From Malacoraja senta (Eukaryota), in contig CM075993.1 of assembly GCA_038087875.1 (NCBI GenBank), positions 1,428,001-1,492,000 of the forward strand: a stretch of DNA of 64,000 bases, written 5' to 3'. Both the position numbers and the translations under genes were made by a program. The notes below the pieces were generated by a model that was not told the DNA's origin, did not search any database, and saw nothing but the letters and a program-made list of their open reading frames with translations. Of the stretch, positions 35,605 to 48,232 are shown piece after piece (position 1 is the first letter of the stretch; every line of letters begins with the position of its first letter).

Positions 35605-35775
35605 CTCTATGGAGAGAGAGGGAAAGCAAGGGTTACTTGAAGTTAGAGAAGTCAATGTTCATACCGCTGGGGTGTAAGCTGCCCAAGCGAAATATGAGAT
35701 GCTGTTCCTCCAATTTGCGCTGGGATGGAGGAGGCCCAGGACAGAAAGGCCAGTGTGGCAATGGGTGGGGGAGTT
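35605..35775 (-). mobile_element. Penelope GIY-YIG C-terminal fragment (copies at ~42420, ~51255 and ~57535)
   Basis: Matches 1730-1910 (gggttacttgaa...gtcaatgttcataccgctggggtgtaa). Confidence 0.75.
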
Positions 35776-36010
35776 AAAGTGCTTCATCGAAATGGCGTCC
35801 AAAAGTTAAGTATCAGAATAATGAGCAAAATTAACATGACAAAATGGAGAGAATGTTGTCCATAGCTTCCCTGTGGGATAGGAACACAGTGGGTCAGACT
35901 CAGTAGTCGGAAGGCATAATGATATATATACGATATTAGAATATACATAAAAATATAATGATATTAAGCTGCTTTACTAGATATTTATTTATCTATTTTA
36001 TCTTCTCCAG

Positions 36011-38388
36011 GTACCACTGTGGATCCTACAACTACAGGTGCAACTGAATCACCAACTACACCTGGACCAACAACTACAGGTGTAACTGAATCACCAACTA
36101 CACCTGGACCAACAACTACAGGTGTAACTGAATCACCAACTACACCTGAACCAACAACTACAGGTGTAACTGAATCACCATCTACACCTGGAACAACAAC
36201 TGCCAGTACAACTGAAACACCAACTACACCTGAACCGCCAACCTCCAGTACAACTGAAACACCAACTACACCTGATCCGCCAACCTCCAGTACAACTGAA
36301 ACACCAACTACACCTGAACCAACAACTACAGGTGTAACTGAATCACCAACTACACCTGAACCAACAACTACAGGTGTAACTGAAACACCAACTACACCTG
36401 AACCAACAACTACAGGTGGTAACTGAATCACCAACTACACCTGAACCAACAACTACAGGTGTAACTGAATCACCAACTACACCTGAACCAACAACTACAG
36501 GTGTAACTGAATCACCAACTACACCTGAACCAACAACTACAGGTGTAACTGAATCACCATCTACACCTGGAACAACAACTGCCAGTACAACTGAAACACC
36601 AACTACACCTGAACCGCCAACCTCCAGTACAACTGAAACACCAACTACACCTGAACCAACAACTACAGGTGTAACTGAATCACCAACTACACCTGAACCA
36701 ACAACTACAGGTGTAACTGAATCACCAACTACACCTGAACCAACAACTACAGGTGTAACTGAATCACCAACTACACCTGAACCAACAACTACAGGTGTAA
36801 CTGAATCACCAACTACACCTGAACCAACAACTACAGGTGTAACTGAATCACCATCTACACCTGGAACAACAACTGCCAGTACAACTGAAACACCAACTAC
36901 ACCTGAACCGCCAACCTCCAGTACAACTGAAACACCAACTACACCTGAACCGCCAACCTCCAGTACAACTGAAACACCAACTACACCTGAACCAACAACT
37001 ACAGGTGTAACTGAATCACCAACTACACCTGAACCAACAACTACAGGTGTAACTGAAACACCAACNNNNNNNNNNNNNNNNNNNNNNNNNNNNNNNNNNN
37101 NNNNNNNNNNNNNNNNNNNNNNNNNNNNNNNNNNNNNNNNNNNNNNNNNNNNNNNNNNNNNNNNNNNNNNNNNNNNNNNNNNNNNNNNNNNNNNNNNNNN
37201 NNNNNNNNNNNNNNNNNNNNNNNNNNNNNNNNNNNNNNNNNNNNNNNNNNNNNNNNNNNNNNNNNAACCAACAACTACAGGTGTAACTGAAACACCAACT
37301 ACACCTGAACCAACAACTACAGGTGTAACTGAATCACCAACTACACCTGAACCAACAACTACAGGTGTAACTGAATCACCAACTACACCTGAACCAACAA
37401 CTACAGTGTAACTGAATCACCAACTACACCTGAACCAACAACTACAGGTGTAACTGAATCACCATCTACACCTGGAACAACAACTGCCAGTACAACTGAA
37501 ACACCAACTACACCTGAACCGCCAACCTCCAGTACAACTGAAACACCAACTACACCTGAACCAACAACTACAGGTGTAACTGAATCACCAACTACACCTG
37601 AACCAACAACTACAGGTGTAACTGAATCACCAACTACACCTGAACCAACAACTACAGGTGTAACTGAATCACCAACTACACCTGAACCAACAACTACAGG
37701 TGTAACTGAATCACCAACTACACCTGAACCAACAACTACAGGTGTAACTGAATCACCAACTACACCTGAACCAACAACTACAGGTGTAACTGAATCACCA
37801 ACTACACCTGAACCAACAACTACAGGTGTAACTGAATCACCATCTACACCTGGAACAACTGCCAGTACAACTGAAACACCAACTACACCTGAACCGCCAA
37901 CCTCCAGTACAACTGAAACACCAACTACACCTGAACCAACAACTACAGGTGTAACTGAATCACCAACTACACCTGAACCAACAACTACAGGTGTAACTGA
38001 ATCACCACTACACCTGAACCAACAACTACAGGTGTAACTGAATCACCAACTACAACCTGAACCAACAACTACAGGTGTAACTGAAACACCAACTACACCT
38101 GAACCAACAACTACAGGTGTAACTGAATCACCAACTACACCTGAACCAACAACTACAGGTGTAACTGAATCACCAACTACACCTGGACCAACAACTGCCA
38201 TTACAACTGAAACACCAACTACACCTGGACCAACAACCTCCAGTACGACTGAATCAACTACAACCACACAAACTCTGGTTGTCGCTAATGTCCCGCTCTC
38301 TTTCAGTATTGCTGGTGATTTTGAACCAAGTTTAAATAATCCAAGTTCTCCCAGATTCCGATCCTTAGCTTCCGGTATTACTCGAGGG
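36011..38388 (+). CDS. Mucin exon: PTS domain 2 (PTTTGVTESPTTPE repeats) plus N-terminal part of SEA-a2; interrupted by an N gap and apparent 1-nt indels
   Basis: tcttctccag|GT ACC ACT GTG GAT; ends SLASGITRG|gtaagt; gap 37066-37265; single-base indels near 36418, 37407, 38007 and 38055. Confidence 0.8.
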
Positions 38389-39865
38389 GTAAGTTCCCTT
38401 ATTCTCTGTGGATCTATTTATTAATCTCTCATTGATCCTATTTCTTTTTATGAAATGATACGTTAGAAATGGTGATGGGGGATTTCAATATGCAGGTAGA
38501 CTGGGAAAATCAGGTTGGTTCAGGACCCCAAGAAAGAGAGTTTGTAGAATGCCTCTGAGATGGATTCTTAGAGCAGCTTGTAATGGAGCCGACCAGAACC
38601 GACATGAAACATGAAATTAAAGTGACGAGTGGAAGGATTGGGGATGGGGGGGTGAATGGGAGTCAGTCTCAGTCTACTCCATGACAGAAGGGGAGGAGTT
38701 GTACAGTTTGATAGCCAAAGGGAAGAAAGATCTCATGTGGAGTTCTGTGCTGCATCTTGGTGGAACCAGTCCGTTGCTGAAGGTGCTCCTCAGGTTGACC
38801 AGTGAGTCTTGGAGGGGGGTGGAGGGAGCTGTATTGTCCAGGATGCTCCCCTCCAAGACCACCTCCCATGAATCCCATCCGGAATGAACTGACAGAGGAG
38901 GTCGTTGACAGGTTTTGGAGCGTTCTTTTCCTTTTTAAGGAATACTGTCGAGGTTTTACAGTAGATGTTCTTAATGGCATGTTTTAATTTAGTGCGCTTT
39001 AAGTATAAGATTGGCACTTCAACAATAAAGTGCAGGATAACGTTACATCTCTGAATCTCTGAGGAGATTCGCTGAGTGGAGTTTCCTATCTTAAGCCACG
39101 TTGTCAGAGACAGGGCCATTTCAATCTTTCAAAAGAGAAATGCTCTGCATAATTTGGGGAAAATATTGTACAAGGAAACTAGTTAAGTGTGGCTGAATGA
39201 TGCTGACCGGTTTGCCCTACTGGTTGCTAGCATGGGCCAGCTGGGCTGAATGGTCTCCTTCCCTGCCCTTATGTTCCATGAGTCTGATACTTGTACAGGA
39301 CTGAGCAAATGCTCCAGTGATGAATAACGCAAAGTGCAGGAGTAACACAGCAGGTCAGGCAGCCTCTCCAAAAGACATGACTAGGCGATGTTTCAGATTG
39401 GGACCCTTCTTTGGACTGATTGTCTGCACCCAAAATATCACCGATTCACTTTCTGTACAAAATGGTAAGAATGCTGTCCATAGCTTCCCTGGGGGGTAGG
39501 AACACATTGGGTAAGGCTCAGTGGTCAGAAGGAATCATAATATATAAAAATATAAGATATTAGAATATTCACGGTCGAAGCAATGGAAGTGGCTGGGAAG
39601 TCAAGCCACCTGTCTCATTAATTCTCCTCCCTGTTCCCACTCTGATTTGCTTGCCCTTTGACCAAAGTTCAGTTCAGTTTATTGTCATGTGTACCAAGGT
39701 AGAGTGAAAAGCTTTTGTTGTGTGCTAACCAGTCAGCGGAAAGGCAATACATGATGGTCGGTGATATGGCCACTCAAAATGTTAGTGTGGTTAACATTTC
39801 ATAGTTTTGCTATTTATTTATTAAACAATTTCAAATTAATCTTCATATATCTATTTATTTTAAAG

Positions 39866-39924
39866 CTTAATATGGTGTATGGAAGCAACCCAAATTTTCG
39901 TCAAGGAATTGTCAATAGTTTCAG
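39866..39924 (+). CDS. Mucin exon: SEA-a2 middle exon LNMVYGSNPNFRQGIVNSF-R
   Basis: Paralog of 33051-33109 with intact AG/GT. Confidence 0.88.
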
Positions 39925-41620
39925 GTAAGGAATATACAATTTGCATCTCTTGACCGTGGGCAGTCAATTAATTTAATATATTTTAACCTCCACCTAAGGG
40001 GGGTGCGAATAGAAAAAAAATCAGGTCCACTGCAAGGAACCGACTAATGACTGGAGTTCTACCGTTAGAGCACAGAGGTTGATTAGAGAAAATATGCCCC
40101 AGAACAGAGTACAACATGGGAACTGGACTTTCAGTCTGAAGAAGGGTCTCGACCCGAAACGTCACCCATTCCTTCTCTCCAGAGATGCTGCCTGTCCCGC
40201 TGAGTTACTCCAGCTTTTTGTGTCTATCTTCAGTTTGTTCCTTCCTGCACACTGGAACAGGCCTTTTTGCCCACTATGTTGTCCGTCCTGGTATTTTGCT
40301 CTGGTATTTTATTTAATTCACATGTTTAATCGATAATGTTTTATTATCAATGTTTAATGTTTTATGTGTCATTCCTAACTGTCACTGTATGTCATGTTGT
40401 CACTTCCGGCGGAGCACCAAGGCAAATTCCTTGTATGTGAATACTTGGCCAATAAACCTATTCATTCATTCATTCATTCATACAAGTAAACCCAATTATC
40501 TCCACATGGTATCTATCCATCTATTCCCAGCCTGTACATGTCTCTGTCTTAATGCCTCTAACATTGCTGTCATATTTATTGTACTTCCACCACCACCCAT
40601 GTAGTATGTTCCAGGCACCCACCACTCTCTGTGTAAAAATCCTGCCTCCCATATCTGCTTTAAACTTCACCCCCACCTCTCATCTTAAAGCTCTGCCCTC
40701 TAGTATTTGTCATTACTGGGGGGAAATATATATTGTCGACCCTATCTACACCTCTCAGAATTTTATAAACCTCTATCAGATCTCCCCTCGGCCTCTGATG
40801 CTCCACAGAAAACAATCCAAGTGTGTCTAACCTCTTCTTATAGCTATTACTCCTTAATCCAGGCATTGTTCCGTTTACAACCCAGCGGGATGAATATAGA
40901 CAAAATGTGTAGGAATGAACTGGAGATATATAGACACAAGAAGCTGGAGTAACATGTGTCCTTTGAACTTTTGGCTTAAGATGGTTCTGGATCTGGATTT
41001 AGAAACAAGGAACTGCAGATGCTGGTTAATACATAAAAGCGCACAAAGTGCAGGAGTAACTCAACAGCATCTCTGGAGAACATGGATGGGTGATGTTTTG
41101 GGATGAGACCCTTCTACAGACTAAAGAAGGGTCTCGACCCGAAACATCACCCATCTTTTTTCTCCACCTTTACTCCAGCATTTTGTGTCTATCTTAGGGA
41201 AGGTTTAGAGCAGTGGTTCTTAACCTTTTTGGCACCAGTACGCGAATACGTGAACAAAATACTGTATGTGGTATGTACCTTTGTTAGGTTTCAACAAATT
41301 GATATGTTATTTGTGTCCCCTTAATGACCCCTGGAAGAGCCCCAAACGACCCCCACGGGGGGTTACGACCCCCAGGTTAAGACCACTGGTTTAGAGGATA
41401 TGGGCCCAACGCGGGCAAATGTGACTAGCCTAGATGGCCATCTTGGTCAGCATGGGCGGGTTGGGCCGAAGGGCCTGTTTCTGTGCTGTATGTCTATGGC
41501 CATCTATTACTAGTTCAATACTTGTTCCAAACTCCTGTCTAACCATAGCTCTCAATATGTGATTTGAAATAAACTGGATATTGCAGTTCATGTATTACCA
41601 GGTGAATTTATTTCTTCTAG

Positions 41621-41775
41621 GAATGGATCAATTGTCGCAAACTGTACCCTAGAGTATGAAAACAACGCCACACTGCCCACTGAGTCCGAAGTGGTGAGAC
41701 TATTGCTGAGTAATTTAGAAAACGGCACAGATTTAGGAAACGTCACACTTTTTCCAACGACCATCAGTTCTGGTG
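41621..41775 (+). CDS. Mucin exon: SEA-a2 C-terminal exon (NGSIVANCTLEY...TTISSG)
   Basis: Paralog of 34814-34968; 155 nt; intact splice sites. Confidence 0.9.
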
Positions 41776-42730
41776 GTAAGTGTTATAAATCATGCTGCAA
41801 CTTTCACAACGCAAGAGCTACCTGATTGATTGTTGCAAAGACTGATTCAAAGATCCTATAGCGGAGCTTGCTATAGGATCTTTGGACTGATGTACATGGA
41901 TAGGCCAGGTGCGGAGGGACATGGACCAAACGCAGGCAGGTGGGACTAGTGTAGATGGGGCATGTTGGCCGGTGTGGGCAAGTTGGGCCGAAGGACCTGT
42001 TTCCACATTGTATCACTCTCTGACTAACTAGCAGGTTGAAGTTGACTGGTCAATGTTATTCGTAATGGTGAAAGGGTCAGAAATAAAGATTCCATTGAAG
42101 ACATTTCTCCCATATTCCCCCTAATAATGTTCTCACCCTGTGAATGAATTAAAAAAAACTTGCATTGGAATACGTTTAAGAAAGAACTGCAGATGCTGGT
42201 AAAATCAAAGGTAGACACAAAATGCTGGAGAAACTCAGCGGGTGAGGCAGCATCTGTGGAGAGAAGGAATTGGCAACATTTCAGGTCGAGACCCTTCTAT
42301 TTTTGATGTTCTGTTATAGTAAGTCACAAGGTGATGGAGAGATTTAGTGCAGCCCACAGGCCCTTCGGCCCACAGAGTCCATGCTGACCAGCGACCACCT
42401 GCTCACACTAGCTCTATGGAGAGAGAGGGAAAGCAAGGGTTACTTGAAGTTAGAGAAGTCAATGTTCATACCGCTGGGGTGTAAGCTGCCCAAGCGAAAT
42501 ATGAGATGCTGTTCCTCCAATTTGCGCTGGGATGGAGGAGGCCCAGGACAGAAAGGCCAGTGTGGCAATGGGTGGGGGAGTTAAAGTGCTTCATCGAAAT
42601 GGCGTCCAAAAGTTAAGTATCAGAATAATGAGCAAAATTAACATGACAAAATGGAGAGAATGTTGTCCACAGCTTCCCTGTGGGATAGGAACACAGTGGG
42701 TCAGGCTCAGTAGTGGGAAGGCATAATGAT

Positions 42731-42767
<37 letters not shown>

Positions 42768-42851
42768 ATACGATATTAGAATATACATGAAAATATAATG
42801 ATATTAAGCTGCTTTACTAGATATTTATTTATCTATTTTTTCCTTCTCCAG

Positions 42852-42985
42852 GTACCACTGTGAACAATTTAGAGCCTATTTCTTTGAATATTTCCTATGT
42901 GATAGAAGATGTGGCTTTCAACATCACCCTCAACGACATGACTTCCACTCCATTTGGAGATCTCAGGTCTTCAGTGATTAATTGG
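42852..42985 (+). CDS. Mucin exon: SEA-b1 first exon GTTVNNLEPISLNISYVIEDVAFNITLNDMTSTPFGDLRSSVINW
   Basis: ttctccag|GT...TGG|gtatgt; phases 1 and 0; SEA-like F-x3-L-x4-S-x2-F pattern. Confidence 0.85.
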
Positions 42986-43104
42986 GTATGTCACAGCAAA
43001 TCGCTCGTCCATGTCTGTTTGCTTTGTCAAATGCAGGTTCACACGACTGAGACCAAGTGTAATGTTTATACCACTCACCCTTTTTGTTTCTTTTCACCAA
43101 ACAG

Positions 43105-43169
43105 CTTAATCCAGTGTTGACTTCCGTCTTTCGTCCAAGTACCATGTCCAATTATAGTGTCAGTTTTAG
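43105..43169 (+). CDS. Mucin exon: SEA-b1 middle exon LNPVLTSVFRPSTMSNYSVSF-S
   Basis: aaacag|CTT...TTT AG|gtaagt; 65 nt; phases 0 and 2. Confidence 0.85.
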
Positions 43170-43619
43170 GTAAGTCTTCTGAATCCTGACCCTTGTACAC
43201 GGGGAGGGGAGGTGGGTGGGGGGGGGGGGGGTAGTCTCACCATAATGTCACAGTGCTGCCTCTGAGAAATACCATAGAACACCACCGAACAGGATCAGGC
43301 CCTTCAGCCCACAAAGCCCGTGCCGGCCATGATGCCAAGTTAAACTAATCTCCTGTGATCCGCATCCCACATCCATGCACATCCATGTGTCTATCTGAGA
43401 AGGGACTTGACCCGAAACGTCCCCCATTCCTTCTCTCCAGAGATGCTGCTTGTCCCGCTGAGTTACTCCAGCATTTTGTGTCTATCATCTAGACCTTGAC
43501 GTTTCCACCCTGCGGAAAAAGGTTCTGACTATCTACCCAGTCTACGCCTCTCATAATTTGTATATACTTTCTTCAGATACCCCCCCACCCACTCAACCTC
43601 TGATGTACTGGGAAAAATT

Positions 43620-43995
43620 GACAATAGACAATAGGTGCAGGAGTAGGACCTTTGGCCCTTCGAGCCAGCACCGCCATTCAATGTGATCATGGCTGATCAT
43701 CCCCAATCAGTACCCCGTTCCTGCCTTCTTCCCATATCCCCTGACTCTGCTATTTTTAAGAGCCCTATCTAGCTCTCTCTTGAAAGCATCCAGAGAACCT
43801 GCCTCCACCGCCCTCTGAGGTAGAGAATTCCACAGACTCGCCATTCTCTGTGAGAAAAAGTGTTTCCTTGTCTCCGTTCTAAATGGCTTACTTCTTATTC
43901 TTAAACTGTGGCCCCTGGTTCTGGACTCCCCCAACATCGGGAACATGTTTCCTGCCTCTAGTGTGTCCAAGACCTTAACAATCTTATATGTTTCA
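43620..43995 (-). mobile_element. CR1-clade LINE 3' fragment (copy at ~58738-59113)
   Basis: ETYKIVKVLDTLEAGNMFPMLGESRTRGHSLRIR...GYGKKAGTGY. Confidence 0.85.
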
Positions 43996-44449
43996 AATAA
44001 TCCGGGTTTGTTCAAAATCTCCTTATAGTTAATAGCATCCAATAGCATTCTGGAAAACCTTCTGCACCCTCTCAAAGCCTCCACATCGTTCCTGTAATGG
44101 GGCATCTAGAACTGCTCCCAATACTCCAGATACGGATAGACCAAAGTCCTGTAAATTTGCAACATGGCTTCCCAACTCTTATACTCAATGCCCTGTCCAT
44201 TTTTAAGGCAGAGATAGATAGATTCTTGATTAGTACGGGTGTCAGGGGTTATGGGGAGAAGGCAGGAGAATGGGGTCCAGAGGGAGAGATACTTCAGCCA
44301 TGATTGAATGGTGGGTTAGACTTGATGGGCCGAATGGCCTAATTCTGCTCCTATCGCTTAGCGCCTTATGATACAAGAATGTCAGCGGAAAGTCAATGAT
44401 TCAGCTCTGTGACAAACCTCTGAATTGTGCGCCTGTGTTTATTTTTTAG

Positions 44450-44598
44450 CAATGTTAGAACAATGGTGCAAGTATCTACAAACGTGCAGATCAACACCAC
44501 CAACTTAGCGATTCAGCCAACAGTACTGCGTGACTTACTCATTCAAAATGTCAGTGCCTCGGGATTTGACATCGTCATCTCCAGTATTCGCGTGGACG
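44450..44598 (+). CDS. Mucin exon: SEA-b1 C-terminal exon NVRTMVQVSTNVQINTTNLAIQPTVLRDLLIQNVSASGFDIVISSIRVD
   Basis: ttttttag|C...GAC G|gtaagt; 149 nt; phases 2 and 1; lacks a GS cleavage motif. Confidence 0.85.
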
Positions 44599-46084
44599 GT
44601 AAGTCTCCTGGTGAACAGCTGTTACCCTCGACACTTTATAGTTCTTGGTTTCCTGGTCCTCCAAAAATATTCCAAAAATGGAACATAAACTGGAGGTGGC
44701 GGAGGGTGGACTTAAGCAAAAAAGGGTTCTTGGAGAAGAGGAGCTACCTTAAATGTAGTTGTGTCTGATTGTGTAACTATGGTAGGGTGAAGACTATGAA
44801 GACTATAACATGGAGCTCAATGTCCCGCCTTGTGTAAATGGTTTAAAGTTGACTGATCTGAGTTGTCCAACGTCAGCCGACTGGGGCAGTGTTCTGAACT
44901 ATGGACCAATAGTCAATGATAAACCAGCATCTGCAGTTCCTTCCTACACAGTGGTCATATGTTTGCATAGAATTCACTAAAGTGTTGCCATACCTATGCA
45001 CAATACCTGATTCATTTCATGTGATAAGAGCAGAATTCGGCCATTCGGCCCATCACGTCTACTCCGCCATTCAATCATCTCTCCCTCCTAACCCCATTCT
45101 CCTGCCTTCTCCCCATAACCCCTGACACCCGTACTAATGATTTGCAAAGTGTACGGAACATGTCCACTGAGACCCGCATGCAAGAGGCGCCAGGTTTTGG
45201 TGCCATTTCCAAAGTCCAGTCCACACTCTAGGTCTTCTGGAGCGGTGGCCGATCCAGGGGAGCCCCAGGCTTCTGCAGGGCCTCCAGCTGTCGTCTTCGT
45301 CTGGATCGACCAGCGAACTGTCGTCCCTCTCCTCGCCCGGTCACCGCCATGACCTGGGAGAACCTCCCGCAGCCGACCTTGAGAACGCGGAAGGCCAGGC
45401 CCCGGATCACTCTCCTTCCGGCCTTGCTCCTCACGTCCGTCATCGCTGCCTCTCTCCTCTCTAGTCTCGGGCCTTCGGGGGATGAGCAGGGACAGGCCTG
45501 ACGGCTTCCCCGCTCAGCACACGGCCCGCCGTGTCTTTGATCGTTGCCGCGTCAACCACCAGTCCGGGCAGAGAGCTGTGTCGGGAAATTCACCAGGATG
45601 TTGCGAATCTAGTCGTGAATCTGTGGAATTCCCTGCCACAGAAGGCAGTGGAGGCCAATTCACTGGATGGTTTCAAGAAAGAGTTTGCTCTTAGGGCTAA
45701 AGGAATCAAGGAATATGGGGAGAAAGCAGGAACGCAGTACTGATTTAGGATGTTCAGCCATGATCATATTCAATGGCGGTGCTGGCTCAAATGGCCGAAT
45801 GACCTCCTCCTGCTATTTTCTGTTTCTCTGATATGGGCCAAACGCAGGCAGGTGGGCCTAGTGTAGATGGGACATGTTGGTCGGCATGGGCAAGTTGGGC
45901 CGAGGGGCCTGTTTCTGTGCTGTGTCACTCTGTGATGGACGTGTGGACTTGACACTTGACTTCTGAAGAAGGGTCTCGGCCCATTCCTTCTCTCCAGAGA
46001 CGCTGCCTGTCACCCTGAGCTACTCCAGCTTCTTGTGCCTATCTTCGGTGTGGACTTGACATCTAGTTGTTCCTCCTCCCACAG

Positions 46085-46209
46085 GTGTGAACCTTGACAC
46101 TAGCAGTTTCGCACTGCAGCTTCGCTTCATCAATCAAATCTTCACAAGCGAGCTCAACATGAGAGGAAGCAGCAGTTTCAACGCCCTCAGCTTCAACATA
46201 ACAAGTGTG
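46085..46209 (+). CDS. Mucin exon: SEA-c1 first exon GVNLDTSSFALQLRFINQIFTSELNMRGSSSFNALSFNITSV
   Basis: cccacag|GT...GTG|gtaggt; phases 1 and 0; SEA-like pattern. Confidence 0.85.
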
Positions 46210-46379
46210 GTAGGTACTCCATATGGACTGAGATGCTGTGTGAAGATGCAGCTAACTTTCGAGAGCTGTGAGATATTTTATGAATGATGTTTCTGGTTCT
46301 GGTTTGGTGCTAAGCTTATTTAAGATGGTTTATTGCACGTCCAATTCTACGAGGTAAAAACTTTCACAAACGTGGAATT

Positions 46380-46558
46380 CTTCTTCTTCTCGAGTCCACC
46401 CACAAGATTAGAAGTTGTTCAGCCAGAGCTGAACGCACTTCTCGGCATCCGCACACAATGGTGTCTGTCTTGTCGCTTCTTATGCTTCTTGTGCATGGTG
46501 GTGGAAAGATTGGTGGAAACAGGGCCGCGATCGACCTGAACGCTCTTTCCTTGACCCC
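46380..46558 (-). mobile_element. Short non-autonomous retroposon (179 bp) with a 5' HDV-like ribozyme and (GAA)n tail; second family
   Basis: 11-bp TSD aacgtggaatt at 46369-46379 and 46559-46569; minus-strand tail gactcgagaagaagaag. Confidence 0.85.
46503..46558 (-). ncRNA. Minimal HDV-like ribozyme (predicted, 56 nt; enlarged L3)
   Basis: GGGGUC(P1) AA GGAAAGA(P2) GCG(P3) UUCAGGUCGAU CGC(P3') GGCCCU(P1') G UUUCCA CCAA UCUUUCC(P2'). Confidence 0.7.
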
Positions 46559-47404
46559 AACGTGGAATTAAAACATCGATATAGTCCTCTCCCCCCACCC
46601 TCCCCCTCCCCCTCTCCTCCCTCCCCCTCCCCTGCTCCCCATGAAACCTGGCTGGCTTTGCACCACCCCCCCCCCCCCCCACACACACACACATGCACCA
46701 TTTACAATGGACACACAATTCACAACCCCCTAGTTTAACAATTCACAAGTGTTTATCCTTTTACACTCACACCTGTCTTTTCACCTCTGGTTTTATCTAA
46801 CAATCTGCCTATCAGTTAACCCCCTCGCATCTGCCTATCAGGTAACCCCCAGCTTTCTTTCCTGCCCCCACCCCCACAATCAGTCTGAAGAAGGGTCCTG
46901 ACTCAAAACGTCACCTATCCATGTTCTCCAGAGATGCTGCCTGACCCGCTGAGTTACTCCAGCACTTTGTGTCTTGCTTCGGTATACACCAGCATCTGCA
47001 GTTACTTGTTGTCGCAGTAAAACTTCTATCTTTGGGCCACTGACAGGAGGTGATATTATAACCATTTTATTGGTGGATCCCATGGTATTTGTTGTTAGCC
47101 TCCATCTATTTTACATAATGGGAAACAAAAAGATTGTTGTTGTTACCACCACTGTACTGGAACATGGATCAGTACAGCACAGGAGAAGGCCTTTCAGCCC
47201 ATCATGTCTGTGCCGTACATGAGGCCAAGATCAACGGAACATGATGCATATCCCTCCATTCCCTGCATATTCACTCCTTTTTATGTCTGAAATGATGACA
47301 GAATGGTGACCTTCTGTTGAATGTGAAGTGCAAGACTGTGTTACTCACTCACTGCTCCCCACTGTGGCTTTGCTTGTGTTAAAACATGTGCTTTTGTGTT
47401 CTAG

Positions 47405-47463
47405 GTGAACGATATCTTCAGAAATAATTCCAACTTCGTCGATATCGTAATTAATGGATTTGC
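47405..47463 (+). CDS. Mucin exon: SEA-c1 middle exon VNDIFRNNSNFVDIVINGF-A
   Basis: gttctag|GTG...TTT GC|gtaagt; 59 nt; phases 0 and 2. Confidence 0.87.
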
Positions 47464-48007
47464 GTAAGTACCATGCTCCTCCATCACTCAAACAAAGTGT
47501 GGTTCAGGTGCTTAAGAAGGAACTGCAGATGCTGGAAAAATCAAAGGTAGATCAAAATGCTGGGGAAACTCAGCGGGTGAGGCAGCATCTATGAAACTCA
47601 GCTGCTGGAAGAAGGGTGTCGACACGAAACAACACCCGTTCCTTCTCTACAGAGATGCTGCTGCCCGTCCCGCTGAGTTACTCCAGCATTTTGTGTCTGT
47701 CTTTACGGGTGCCAGAACGACCAGAAAGACGCTACGATTCTTTGGGCAACTGAGGATACTACTCACGACCATACAGGTGACATGTCGCGGGGTGAAGCCT
47801 GTATGGTCGTGAGTAGTCGCCCAAAGTGTCGTACCTTGTTCTGGTCGCCACTGGATTTTCAACATGTTGAACATTTTCGGCGACCTGCAACGACCTGCAA
47901 CGACGGGTGCCGGCAGTCGCCGAAAAAGTCGCGTAAGTGGGACAGGCCCATAAGTCTCTTATTATGAGGTCTGTTGGAGTCCTGTTGGATTAGTGGGGTC
48001 ATCTTAA

Positions 48008-48232
48008 GGGCCTGTCCCACTTGTACGACCTAACTGCCGAGTTTGCCCTTGACTCATACTCGCAGCATGGTGGTCACGAGGTCGTGGGAGGTCTTCGTAA
48101 CTCTTCCTCGTGCTCGTGAGCAGTCTCCGCGTACTCGTGGCCTCAAGTAGGTCGCGGCGTTTTTTCCAACCGGATAAAAAATGTCCACCGGTAAAAAAAG
48201 GTCGGCATAGGTCGTCCAAGTGGGACAGGGGC
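48008..48232. mobile_element. TTAA-flanked MITE (Kolobok-like); related partial copy at ~47700-47950; duplicate at 63129-63363
   Basis: TTAA at 48004-48007 and 48233-48236; imperfect ~24-nt TIRs gggcctgtcccacttgtacgacct / aggtcgtccaagtgggacaggggc. Confidence 0.75.
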
